Source of the DNA: Pseudomonadota bacterium
Lineage (GTDB): Bacteria > Bdellovibrionota > FAC87 > UBA2466
Reading direction: 5' to 3'
Assembly: GCA_043718025.1 (NCBI GenBank)
Contig: JAYSWN010000177.1
Span: 1 to 49,846 of the forward strand
Length of the DNA stretch: 49,846 nt
Of the stretch, positions 37,984 through 46,638 are shown in pieces. How positions within the stretch are numbered: the stretch's first letter is position 1; each line of letters starts with the position of its first letter. The position numbers and the translations under genes were made by a program. The notes under the pieces were generated by a model. It ran no database searches, was not told where the DNA came from, and saw only the letters and a list, made by a program, of their open reading frames with translations.

Positions 37984-38277
37984 TTAAGAATGCGACCGTT
38001 CAGAAAGCTCTTTTTCTACTTTGTTCAACAGCAGCTTGGCTTTGGTGAGTACGCCCGACTTAAATTCGGTGCCTTTTTTGGTGCTTTTCACCATCTGGCT
38101 CGCAAAATCAAAGGCGGTCAGCATCGTAGCGCGGGCCACCCCGAGCTTTGGGCTTTTCTTAAGCAGATTTTCAACCCGCTTCTTAACCAAGTGAGCCACC
38201 TCTTCCATGTGCTCAGGGCTTTCATCGCTCTTCATTACGTACGACTGACCGGCAATATCAATTTCGAGTTTAGGCAT
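37984..38277 (-). CDS. zapA: Cell division protein ZapA
   Basis: IDIAGQSYVMKSDESPEHMEEVAHLV; position upstream of the cyclo-ligase. Confidence 0.82.
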   Translation of the reverse strand: MPKLEIDIAGQSYVMKSDESPEHMEEVAHLVKKRVENLLKKSPKLGVARATMLTAFDFASQMVKSTKKGTEFKSGVLTKAKLLLNKVEKELSERSHS

Positions 38278-38321
38278 AAGCGAATTTTATGAACATTCGC
38301 CGATAAAGTCTACCCACAGAC

Positions 38322-39305
38322 TTAAACTGCGGCTTGGTCTATCGGCCCAAAGAGCGACTGGCCGTCTTTGAACACTTCGATTTGCACGCGATCGCCGGTT
38401 TTTAACCACGGCGTGATCGGTTTGCCGGTATCAAGCACCTCTTGAAAACGCCGCTCGGTAAGGCAGGCGAAGCCCTGCGCTTTGTCTTCGTTAGATATGG
38501 TGCCGGTGCCAACGATATTTCCCGCCGCCAATGGCCTGGTGCGGCAGGCGTGGGCAATCAAGGCGCCAAAGGTAAAATTCATTTCGCGACCATTTGGGTT
38601 ACCAAACCACTCGCCATTCCACTTTACGCTTAGGTCGAGAGCGATGCGCTCGTCTTTCCAGGCGCTGCCCAACTCATCGGGCGTGACCACAATCGGTGCA
38701 TACGCGGAATTAGGTTTCGATTGCAGAAAGCCGAACTTGGTTTCGAGCTCGGTCTTTACGATTTCGCGATAAGTGATGTCGTTAAACAGGGTGAACAGCG
38801 CAATGTAGCTCGACGCCTTCTCTTTTGGTGTGCCTTTGGGCATGTCCACCACTATTGCGGCAAACTCACCTTCGAAGTCTCCGCCGTAAGCGGGGTCCAT
38901 GAGATCGATTTTGTCGTTCCACGCCAAATTGTTATCGGCGACGCCTTGGTACATCAATGGCGTGATTCGCGCTGATTCTGGCATTTGATCGCCGCGCGCC
39001 CGGCGGGCACGCACCACGTGCGACAAAAAAGCGCTGCCGTCGTAAAAGCCTGGAGCGTTGGGCAGTGGCGCTAAACAGTTTTCAATTTTCAGTTCGAAGG
39101 CGCCCGCGGTTTTTTCGCGGCTACGTTCTAGGGCTTGAAACAGCTCGCGCAATTTTTGTTCGCACTCTTTCCAGTTTTCGAGGGCGGTCAAGAGAGTGGG
39201 GGCTACGGCGGTGGCGCGTAGCGCGTATTTGTGGTCACGGGTGACTACGGCCAGCTCACCGTGGCGGTTATTCTTAGTTGCAGATTTTAGGGTAACTAAC
39301 TTCAT
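38322..39305 (-). CDS. Fumarylacetoacetate hydrolase family protein
   Basis: DGSAFLSHV, PLMYQG, DFEGE, LFND, GFLQSKP, VTPDELG, GTGTISN. Confidence 0.92.
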   Translation of the reverse strand: MKLVTLKSATKNNRHGELAVVTRDHKYALRATAVAPTLLTALENWKECEQKLRELFQALERSREKTAGAFELKIENCLAPLPNAPGFYDGSAFLSHVVRARRARGDQMPESARITPLMYQGVADNNLAWNDKIDLMDPAYGGDFEGEFAAIVVDMPKGTPKEKASSYIALFTLFNDITYREIVKTELETKFGFLQSKPNSAYAPIVVTPDELGSAWKDERIALDLSVKWNGEWFGNPNGREMNFTFGALIAHACRTRPLAAGNIVGTGTISNEDKAQGFACLTERRFQEVLDTGKPITPWLKTGDRVQIEVFKDGQSLFGPIDQAAV

Positions 39306-40294
39306 ATCGACAGCTCCTCGGTCAGAAATTGATCTGGTTCATCCGCACTGCAGCTTCCGAAGGTGGCGGTGTGAAGGCGGCGGGCCGTCTCCAAATCGTC
39401 GCGGGTAAGCTCATGCGACTTCCAACGAAATACTTTTTCCGTAAATTGAAAATTTTTGGCGTTGTCATCGGTAAGGCATTGTTGAATGAGCGGCAGCGCA
39501 AAATCATCGCCACCCAACGCTTGGGTGAGATTGATCGCGGCAAATAAATTTACAAAACCGTAGGCGCCTTGGCGCGAAATGGCGCGGTGCAGTCCTTGGG
39601 TGGCTTTGAATCGCAGGCGGTGCGAGGTGACCGTGAGTATGGCGCTGGCCAACTGCTCGGGGGTGGGCACGTACGCGCCACCGGTGCGAAATTTTAGGCC
39701 GGTGTGGTGATGCGGGCTATCTTCGCTCTGCAGCCAGTCGGTTAGCGTTTGGGAGGTCTGTTCAAGGCGTTTTAGGGTTAGGTTTTCCCACGGCAATTCC
39801 CAATACGAGTCTACCTTTAGGTTCTTCAATCTCAAGAAACGGTCGAGCACTTGCGGAAGGCTTGTTCGCATCAAATCGCCATTGTCGGCGAAGAGTGATT
39901 CAGAAAGTTTACCCTCGTAAAGCACTATGCCGACGCGTGTGCTGCTGTCCCAGTGGCGTTCGTTAAACCGATCAATCTCTCGTAAGTCCCATTCCACCGC
40001 CTTTAAAAGTCCCGAGAGGTCGTCAGACTCAGGCCGGCGGCCCAGCGCGGAGACTAGCCAAGTGCCGCTGCTAATTCCCCAACTTTGCAAATTATCGGTG
40101 CTGAGGGTGGTTAGATCCTGCAATGCAAAAACTAAACGCCTAACTAGCCATGGGTGAGTGGCGATGCTGGAGAACTCTTTTGCCTTCTTCCAGCTCTTTT
40201 CCACCGAGAGCGCGGCGGGCGGAAAGGTGCCTGCAAAATCGATAACACCGCTTAATAAAGATATGGCGGTTGGCGGGCAAGAGGGGTGACTCAT
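39302..40294 (-). CDS. Conserved hypothetical protein coupled to the FAH gene
   Basis: IDFAGTFPPAAL, LKFRTGG, FKATQGLH, GFVNL, FGSCSADEP motifs; 4-bp overlap with the FAH gene. Confidence 0.75.
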   Translation of the reverse strand: MSHPSCPPTAISLLSGVIDFAGTFPPAALSVEKSWKKAKEFSSIATHPWLVRRLVFALQDLTTLSTDNLQSWGISSGTWLVSALGRRPESDDLSGLLKAVEWDLREIDRFNERHWDSSTRVGIVLYEGKLSESLFADNGDLMRTSLPQVLDRFLRLKNLKVDSYWELPWENLTLKRLEQTSQTLTDWLQSEDSPHHHTGLKFRTGGAYVPTPEQLASAILTVTSHRLRFKATQGLHRAISRQGAYGFVNLFAAINLTQALGGDDFALPLIQQCLTDDNAKNFQFTEKVFRWKSHELTRDDLETARRLHTATFGSCSADEPDQFLTEELSI

Positions 40295-40337
40295 GCGTTA
40301 CAAACTAGCGGAGAACCCTTACCGTGCCAACTCCACC

Positions 40338-40429
40338 AAAAGGTGCCCATCTACTTTTCAGCTGGAAAAGTGCCGGGTGCGACTCGCAGCCCGCTACCTT
40401 TTCAGCTGAAAAGTAGATGGGCACCTTTT
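40338..40429. repeat. REP/REPIN-like long inverted repeat
   Basis: AAAAGGTGCCCATCTACTTTTCAGCTG (40338-40364) is the exact reverse complement of 40403-40429; inner CGGG-TGCGA/TCGCA-CCCG stem. Confidence 0.85.
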
Positions 40430-41645
40430 AGGGGGGGCCGTGTTGGAACTCGTAAAGGGCGCGTTCGAAGTTGAGTAGGTGGGTCGCGCAGCCAATTGAA
40501 CCCGGCACCCAGTCTTCAGGATCGAGGTAAGTCGCGGGGCGATTTTTTAGCGACGCCACGTCGTCTAGACTCCTCAAAACAATCGTTTCAAAATAGGCAG
40601 TGGGTACTGCGGTGATGTCGGTGACAATAAGTTTTGTCCCTTTTCCCGGCCCTATTCCCGCCCCTTCGAGAAAACTATAAAGAGAAGTCGGAAGTTTTAG
40701 ACGCCGCTGAAATAGCGTGGCGCGCGCGGAGACCAACTCCTCACCTTGGTGTTCGGAGCTCATGTGGCCGTACACGCCTGAATTAGCGACGTACGTTTGT
40801 AACGACGGGTCGGTAAGAAATTTTACTAGAAATTTGGTCATTACCTCGGAATGCGGCGAGTCTAATCCTTGGGCAATCGCCTTTACCGTCCGCATGTCTA
40901 CCGGAAACGTAGCTAGGGCCTTCTTAAAAGTTTCGAGCACTTTTTCGTCCGGTTTTCGTCCGCTGTATTTGTGTAAACCGAATTCGGACGTGGCGTGGAG
41001 AAGTTCGCGCAAGAAAAGCAACGTGGGTTCACGGCCGCTTAAAAACTTAAATTCGGTGCGCTCTCCCACCATTTCGTAGCGCAGCAATGAGAGTAAACGC
41101 AGTCTATCTTGATTTTGGGACGAGCTAAGTTCGGTGTAATGCTGAAACATCGGAAACTCGTGGCTGCCAATGCCGACCTTGAACTCACTGACGATCTGTT
41201 CGGGGAGGATGCGGGTGTCATCCCCCAAAAATCGCGCTTCCCACGGCAGCGGCGAATCGTCCCAGCGAATGGCAAAAGCCATGTGCATGAGCACCTGCCA
41301 GTCTCCGGCCACGGTGATGTAGGTAAGTGGCCAATGCCCCTTGGCCAAAAGTTCGAGTTCACGGACGTAAGCGGCTCCCGACGGCCCCTTGGTGTAACCC
41401 AGCTCATCTGCCTCGCGGCGAATTTCCCCGGCGACGATGGCCAACAGCTCGCGGCTTTCGGGCGATGCCCAACGCTCGTCTTCCACCGGCATAAAAGTGT
41501 GGCGGGAAAAAGTGCGCGGATCGCCGGGAATGCGAAACTGCTGCTCAATGTGGCGGGTGGGCCTATGATCTAGAGCAAGGGTTGGCCAAGAGTGGCTTAC
41601 CGCCAGCAAAATCATGGCTAAAAAAAGAGCGCGGCTAGGGTGCAT
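40428..41645 (-). CDS. Secreted hypothetical protein (405 aa)
   Basis: Long ORF with a signal peptide; no recognised motifs. Confidence 0.7.
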   Translation of the reverse strand: MHPSRALFLAMILLAVSHSWPTLALDHRPTRHIEQQFRIPGDPRTFSRHTFMPVEDERWASPESRELLAIVAGEIRREADELGYTKGPSGAAYVRELELLAKGHWPLTYITVAGDWQVLMHMAFAIRWDDSPLPWEARFLGDDTRILPEQIVSEFKVGIGSHEFPMFQHYTELSSSQNQDRLRLLSLLRYEMVGERTEFKFLSGREPTLLFLRELLHATSEFGLHKYSGRKPDEKVLETFKKALATFPVDMRTVKAIAQGLDSPHSEVMTKFLVKFLTDPSLQTYVANSGVYGHMSSEHQGEELVSARATLFQRRLKLPTSLYSFLEGAGIGPGKGTKLIVTDITAVPTAYFETIVLRSLDDVASLKNRPATYLDPEDWVPGSIGCATHLLNFERALYEFQHGPP

Positions 41646-41860
41646 TGGCGATGGGGAAACTAGCCGTTTTCACCGGTGAAATCCAAAGAAAAGGGGTTCT
41701 GACGACGCCCAGGGTGCGGCCTTTTCAGTTTTCCTTCCAAATCTCTAAATACTTAGCGGCACTCGAAAGGCTCATCCATAAAGGCTTTTGAAGCCATCTT
41801 CACTATTGCGGGTGCTTTTGCGCCACACCCCACTGTCACCATCAGGCTTTAGGGGGACAC

Positions 41861-42733
41861 ATGACAAACTGGATACTCGGGTTACTGATGGCGATCGCAT
41901 TTTCTGCCGGGGCAGAACCAATCTTCCCCACCTTGATCAACGGCATTCCCGCCAACCCGGCAGACTTTCCCGCCAGCGTCTGGACGCGCAGCTGCACCGC
42001 CACCGTAGTTGGACCACGGGTGGTTTTTATCGCCGCACATTGCGCTTCGAGCGGAAAAATATCTTTTAGCGTAGGCCCCAATCAATACACGGCCAGTTGC
42101 ATCGTATCGCGAGAATATTCAGCCGGAAATTCCACCGCCGATTACTCACTTTGCCAAACTAACCGGGTGGTTGAAGGCATTCCCTACGAAAGCTTAAACA
42201 TGGACGCCGGCAGATTGAAGGCGGGAGATCGCGTGCAGCTTACCGGTTATGGTTGCGTTAGGGCCGGAGGCAGCGGGGGGAACGACGGGGTTTACCGCAT
42301 TGGCGAAGCCACGGTCCGTAGGCTGCCCTCGGGTAGCAATAACGACATCGTCACCGACTCTGGTGCGGCCCTTTGCTATGGCGATTCAGGTGGTCCGGCC
42401 TTTCACTACGACAAGGCTACCGGTCAGCGCGTGCTAATTTCTACTAACAGTCGTGGCGACATTGCGCGCACCAGTTACCTATCGGCTACGCACACGGCGC
42501 AGGCCAAACGCTTCTTTCAAGCGTGGTTTGAAAAAGTGGGCGAAAAATTTTGCGGCCTACACAACGATGTGGTGGGCTGTCGCGGATCGGGTGGTGGGGG
42601 GGGGAGCAAACCAAGTACGTTTACTATCGACAACGCGTTGGTTTCTATCGACGCAAAAATGAAAGCCGGTCAGGAGAATAGGCTGTCCGAAGTTAAAGCC
42701 AGCCTTGAACAGGCACTGAAAGAGTTGCCCTAA
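41861..42733 (+). CDS. Secreted trypsin-like (S1) serine protease
   Basis: Signal peptide, LING, IAAHC, ADYSL, LCYGDSGGP; Gly linker then a short C-terminal domain. Confidence 0.92.
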   Translation: MTNWILGLLMAIAFSAGAEPIFPTLINGIPANPADFPASVWTRSCTATVVGPRVVFIAAHCASSGKISFSVGPNQYTASCIVSREYSAGNSTADYSLCQTNRVVEGIPYESLNMDAGRLKAGDRVQLTGYGCVRAGGSGGNDGVYRIGEATVRRLPSGSNNDIVTDSGAALCYGDSGGPAFHYDKATGQRVLISTNSRGDIARTSYLSATHTAQAKRFFQAWFEKVGEKFCGLHNDVVGCRGSGGGGGSKPSTFTIDNALVSIDAKMKAGQENRLSEVKASLEQALKELP

Positions 42734-42739
42734 GTGGTT

Positions 42740-43963
42740 TTAGTTTTTCTGCGGCGCTGAAGCGGACGGTGCGATGCCTTCAAAATCGTGAAACCGCTTC
42801 AGCGCCGGAAAAATTTGCGGCCAGAAAAGCGCGGTGAGGCAAGTGCCAATGCCGCCGACGATTACCGAAGGCACGGTGCCCAGTAGCGAAGCCGCAAGGC
42901 CTGATTCAAATTCGCCGAGCTGATTTGAGGTGACGATGAACGCCTGGTTCACGGCGCTCACCCGGCCCCGCAGTCCGTCGGGCGTCGCAATCTGCACCAG
43001 CGACTGCCTGAGGACGACGCTAAAATTGTCTACCGCGCCCATGGTCGCGAGTACGATCAGCGACAGGTAGAAGTTTTGCGAAATTCCAAATAGGCAGGTG
43101 AGCAGGCCAAAGGAAAAAACCGACCAGACCAGTTTTTTTCCGAGCGCTTCGCGGATGCCACCTCGCGCCAGCCAAAAAGCCATGCCGAAGGCCCCTACCG
43201 CCGGGGCGCTTCTTAAAAGGCCGAGCCCCATGGGTCCGGCATGCAAAATGTCTTTAGCGTAAACCGGAAGTAGGGCCACCGCGCCACCCAATAGCACTGC
43301 CACCATGTCGAGTGAGATTGCGGCCAGAATCAACTGGTGTTTCAGCACGAAACTTAACCCTTCGACAAAACTCTGCCACGAGATCGCAGCTTTTTTGCGA
43401 TGGAGCGCTGGCCTTTTTTGAATTGCGGCGATGAATAGAGCGGCAAGCATTGAGCCCGCGGCGCAAAGTAGAAAGACGGCGTCGGCTTTTTGAAATAGCC
43501 CGTACAGCAAGCCGCCCATCGCCGGACCCGCCAGTTTTGAAATCTGTTTTAAGGACGACACCCCCGCCACCGCCTTGGTAAAAATCTCGGGCCCCACAAG
43601 ATCCGGAAGAAAAGACGCTGCCGAGGGAGCCTCTAGCGATCGGGCAATGGCCACCAGGCCGATGACGGTGAGAAAGGCCGAGCGGGAAAAGGTTTGCGTG
43701 CTTAGCCACCAGAGTAAAAGCGCACAACCGGCCATCAAAAAATTGGCGGCGATCATCAGCCGACGGCGATCAAAACGATCGGCCAACTGCCCCGAAACAA
43801 AGGTCATGAGAAAAGCCGGTAGAAACTGGGCTAAGCCCACCCACCCTAAATCCATGGGGTTATGAGTCTGATCATAAACATACCAGCCGTTGGCTACCGC
43901 TAGCATGTTGTAGACCAGAATCGAAGTGAACACCCCGCCCTGAAAGCACCTAAAATCTCGCAT
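42740..43963 (-). CDS. MFS transporter (EntS/MFS_3-like exporter)
   Basis: GQLADRFDRRR, LLPVYAKDIL, TPDGLRGRVSAVN, SNQLGEFESG; about 12 TM segments. Confidence 0.92.
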   Translation of the reverse strand: MRDFRCFQGGVFTSILVYNMLAVANGWYVYDQTHNPMDLGWVGLAQFLPAFLMTFVSGQLADRFDRRRLMIAANFLMAGCALLLWWLSTQTFSRSAFLTVIGLVAIARSLEAPSAASFLPDLVGPEIFTKAVAGVSSLKQISKLAGPAMGGLLYGLFQKADAVFLLCAAGSMLAALFIAAIQKRPALHRKKAAISWQSFVEGLSFVLKHQLILAAISLDMVAVLLGGAVALLPVYAKDILHAGPMGLGLLRSAPAVGAFGMAFWLARGGIREALGKKLVWSVFSFGLLTCLFGISQNFYLSLIVLATMGAVDNFSVVLRQSLVQIATPDGLRGRVSAVNQAFIVTSNQLGEFESGLAASLLGTVPSVIVGGIGTCLTALFWPQIFPALKRFHDFEGIAPSASAPQKN

Positions 43964-43984
43964 CGGCTAAGGGTATAACTCAAA

Positions 43985-45157
43985 TTACGCGAAGGTGGTC
44001 GGATAAGCTTCCTGCGCTAAGGCAAAAATTTGCTCTCTCGCCTCGGGGCGTAGGTTAGTGGTTAAGGATCGCAAAACTTTTAGGGGCTCAGCTAGTTCAG
44101 TTCCAGATTGCATATATTTTCCTTCGTTAATCAGTAGGGTAATTTCGTCGGCGCTCATGCCTTCCAAATTTGACTGCAGCTCGGGGCACAAGAACGCGAG
44201 AGTGCCAATTGACGCCAGCATCGAAAGTTGCGGCGCCACCAGTTTGTCGCTCAAGATTTTTAAGAAACTGCGCATCATCTCGAAAGGATCTTTGGGGGGG
44301 TGGGCATTTATCACCAAGGCCTTCATTTTTTCTTTCACCGGAGTGGGCAAAGTGGTGTGGCCACATTTGGCGAAGCTGCGCAGAACTCGGATAGACTTCA
44401 TCGGTGGCTCTACGAAGAGTGACAGCCAGTTGAGCACTTCCGGACGCTGCTCAACCCAAGCCTGATAACCATTAAATTTGTCGTCAATCACGTTCTTGTT
44501 GGCCAACTGCCAGTAGGGTGTGCCGACCAGCTCAGTTGCGCAAAAGGTGGTAAGCGCTTGCCGTGAGTCGAGGCGAATCATGATTTTATCGACGTTCATG
44601 ATGCCATTCAATTCCAGATCTTTCCTTTCGTGGAAGATTGAAAGGCTCAAAATGGGAAACGTGTCGTGCAGTAGATGCATGCCAAAACCGGCTTGGTAAC
44701 CAAGCTGCTCACTAGTGGGGAGGTTTGGATTCACCCGAGACTTTTGCCGGATTACCCGCCGTTCGAAACGGGCGATTCCGCTTTCTTGAATGCGGTCGGC
44801 AAGCCTCCACGCGGTGGCTTCGGCCTCCCGCTTTCCGGCCACAAAAAAGATATCTAGATCGCGCATCTTCAGAGGCTTTTTAAAATACACGTGATCAAGA
44901 ATGGTGCGAGAGCTTCCCCCGGCAATCCAGAGTGACGCGTAGCCAAATTCTTTTTGGGCGAGAGCCTGCATACGCCCGATCCACGAAGATAGGGCGACGA
45001 GCTCTTTACTCGGCTGGTAAGTCGTAAGGCCGGATCGCTTGAATTCAGCCGCCGCACCGGCGCCTTGGGGGAATAGGGTTGTTCTTAGGGTGACCGCGTT
45101 ACCTCGCGGGAGGACTCGGGGAGCGCTGGCTCCGTTCGAGGTTTGTACGTCCAACAT
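43985..45157 (-). CDS. Divergent class II nucleotidyltransferase (CCA-adding enzyme/poly(A) polymerase head-like)
   Basis: LWIAGGSSR...RDLDIFF resembles motif A; IDDKFNGY resembles DPFGG; FVEPPMKSIRVLRSFAK resembles F.EDPLR.LR..RF; GAGG SD. Confidence 0.62.
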   Translation of the reverse strand: MLDVQTSNGASAPRVLPRGNAVTLRTTLFPQGAGAAAEFKRSGLTTYQPSKELVALSSWIGRMQALAQKEFGYASLWIAGGSSRTILDHVYFKKPLKMRDLDIFFVAGKREAEATAWRLADRIQESGIARFERRVIRQKSRVNPNLPTSEQLGYQAGFGMHLLHDTFPILSLSIFHERKDLELNGIMNVDKIMIRLDSRQALTTFCATELVGTPYWQLANKNVIDDKFNGYQAWVEQRPEVLNWLSLFVEPPMKSIRVLRSFAKCGHTTLPTPVKEKMKALVINAHPPKDPFEMMRSFLKILSDKLVAPQLSMLASIGTLAFLCPELQSNLEGMSADEITLLINEGKYMQSGTELAEPLKVLRSLTTNLRPEAREQIFALAQEAYPTTFA

Positions 45158-45191
45158 GGATACCTCTTCTAGTTATGTTGGAGAGCTATAA

Positions 45192-45207
45192 AGCAACCGG
45201 CGTGCCA
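45192..45207 (-). promoter_or_regulatory. Sigma54 promoter for the nucleotidyltransferase-like gene
   Basis: Minus strand TGGCACG-CCGG-TTGCT, perfect consensus, about 35 bp upstream of the ATG. Confidence 0.85.
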
Positions 45208-45301
45208 GCGTTTTTGAGCCTGGCGTCAAGGTTCAGAGCAGTTCCAAAACGGGTCAAATTCTAAGGTGGCGCCAAATCAGGGCTGCGGTAGATTAACCAC
45301 C

Positions 45302-46525
45302 ATGACCAAATTCGATAAGAGATTGCTCAGCGCCCCGGTGCTGGTGGGCGCCCTGGGCTACTTCGTAGATATTTATGACTTGGTGCTATTCAGCATCTTA
45401 AGAACCGCCTCGCTAAAAAGCCTGGGGGTACCGTCCGACCAACTTTTGGAAGTCGGGGTCAATCTCTTGAACTGGCAGATGACCGGCCTGCTGCTCGGGG
45501 GAATTCTCTGGGGAATTTTAGGCGACAAAAAAGGGCGAATCTCGGTTCTGTTTGGTTCCATCTTTTTATACTCGACGGCCAACATCGCCAACGCGTTCGT
45601 AACTACCGTAGATCAGTACGCCGCCCTGAGATTTATTGCGGGAATTGGACTGGCCGGAGAGCTTGGCGCCGCCATTACCTTGGTGGCCGAAGTGCTGCCC
45701 AAAGAAGTGCGTGGCTACGGCACGGCCATTGTCGCGGGCGTTGGTTTATCGGGTGCGGTGTTTGCGGGTATTGTTGCTGACTACCTTACCTGGAACTACG
45801 CGTACCTCACCGGCGGAGTGTTGGGCCTACTGTTATTGGTGATGCGGGTTGGTTTGGTTGAGTCTGGCATGTTTGCCAATGTAAAAACCGACGTGAACGT
45901 ACGCCGCGGAGATTTACGCCTGCTCTTTGCGACCCCCGCTCGCGCCTGGCGCTACTTAGCCTGCATTTTAATCGGCGTGCCCATTTGGTTTGTGGTGGGA
46001 ATTTTAGTGACCTTCTCTCCCGAAATTGCGCAGTCTCTTGGCGCCACTGAAAACATCTCGGCCGGCAAGGGGATCTTATACTGCTACGTGGGGGTCGCCA
46101 TCGGCGACGTGGCTTCGGGAGCAATTAGCCAATGGATCGGCAGCCGCAAAAATGTAGTTTGGGCCTCGTACGCCATAGAAGCTTTACTGGTGGTCACGCT
46201 GCTGTTCTCGCGCGGATTTAGCGCCAATTATTTCTACACGCTTTGCTTTCTAATGGGCTTAGCCACTGGTTACTGGGCGGTTTTTGTGACCATGGCCAGC
46301 GAGCAATTCGGTACCAATTTGCGGGCAACCGTCACTACGACCGTGCCCAACTTTGTGCGTGGTTCGGTGGTGCTGCTGACGCTGAGCTTCCGCTATTTTC
46401 AAAAGACCATGAGCCTAGCTAATAGTGCCCTAACCGTTTTCGCGGTTATCGCCGTGCTGGCGGTAATTGCTCTATGGTCGTTAGACGAAACCCACTCCCG
46501 TGATCTGGACTATCTTGAAAATTGA
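45302..46525 (+). CDS. MFS transporter
   Basis: GYFVDIYD, GDKKGR, LAGELGA, EQFGTNLRAT; about 12 TM segments. Start ATG 45302. Confidence 0.92.
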   Translation: MTKFDKRLLSAPVLVGALGYFVDIYDLVLFSILRTASLKSLGVPSDQLLEVGVNLLNWQMTGLLLGGILWGILGDKKGRISVLFGSIFLYSTANIANAFVTTVDQYAALRFIAGIGLAGELGAAITLVAEVLPKEVRGYGTAIVAGVGLSGAVFAGIVADYLTWNYAYLTGGVLGLLLLVMRVGLVESGMFANVKTDVNVRRGDLRLLFATPARAWRYLACILIGVPIWFVVGILVTFSPEIAQSLGATENISAGKGILYCYVGVAIGDVASGAISQWIGSRKNVVWASYAIEALLVVTLLFSRGFSANYFYTLCFLMGLATGYWAVFVTMASEQFGTNLRATVTTTVPNFVRGSVVLLTLSFRYFQKTMSLANSALTVFAVIAVLAVIALWSLDETHSRDLDYLEN

Positions 46526-46638
46526 GTTTTTGTTCAATGCCAAGGGGGAACCCATTCCTATTTTATGGGGATTGCGGTAGACCCTATCGACGTTGAGCTG
46601 GTTGATTCGAATGGGGGTTAATTTTAGGGGAGGCACTT

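Noticed and set aside
40313..40330. TGGCACG on the minus strand upstream of the FAH partner gene
   Set aside because: No GC at -12 (reads GGGTT), so it is not a sigma54 promoter.
46526..46638. SAM/SAH riboswitch ahead of the methionine-salvage operon
   Set aside because: Some pairing is possible (CCCATTC/GAATGGG), but no SAM-I, SAM-II or SAH consensus is recognisable. An Rfam scan would settle it.
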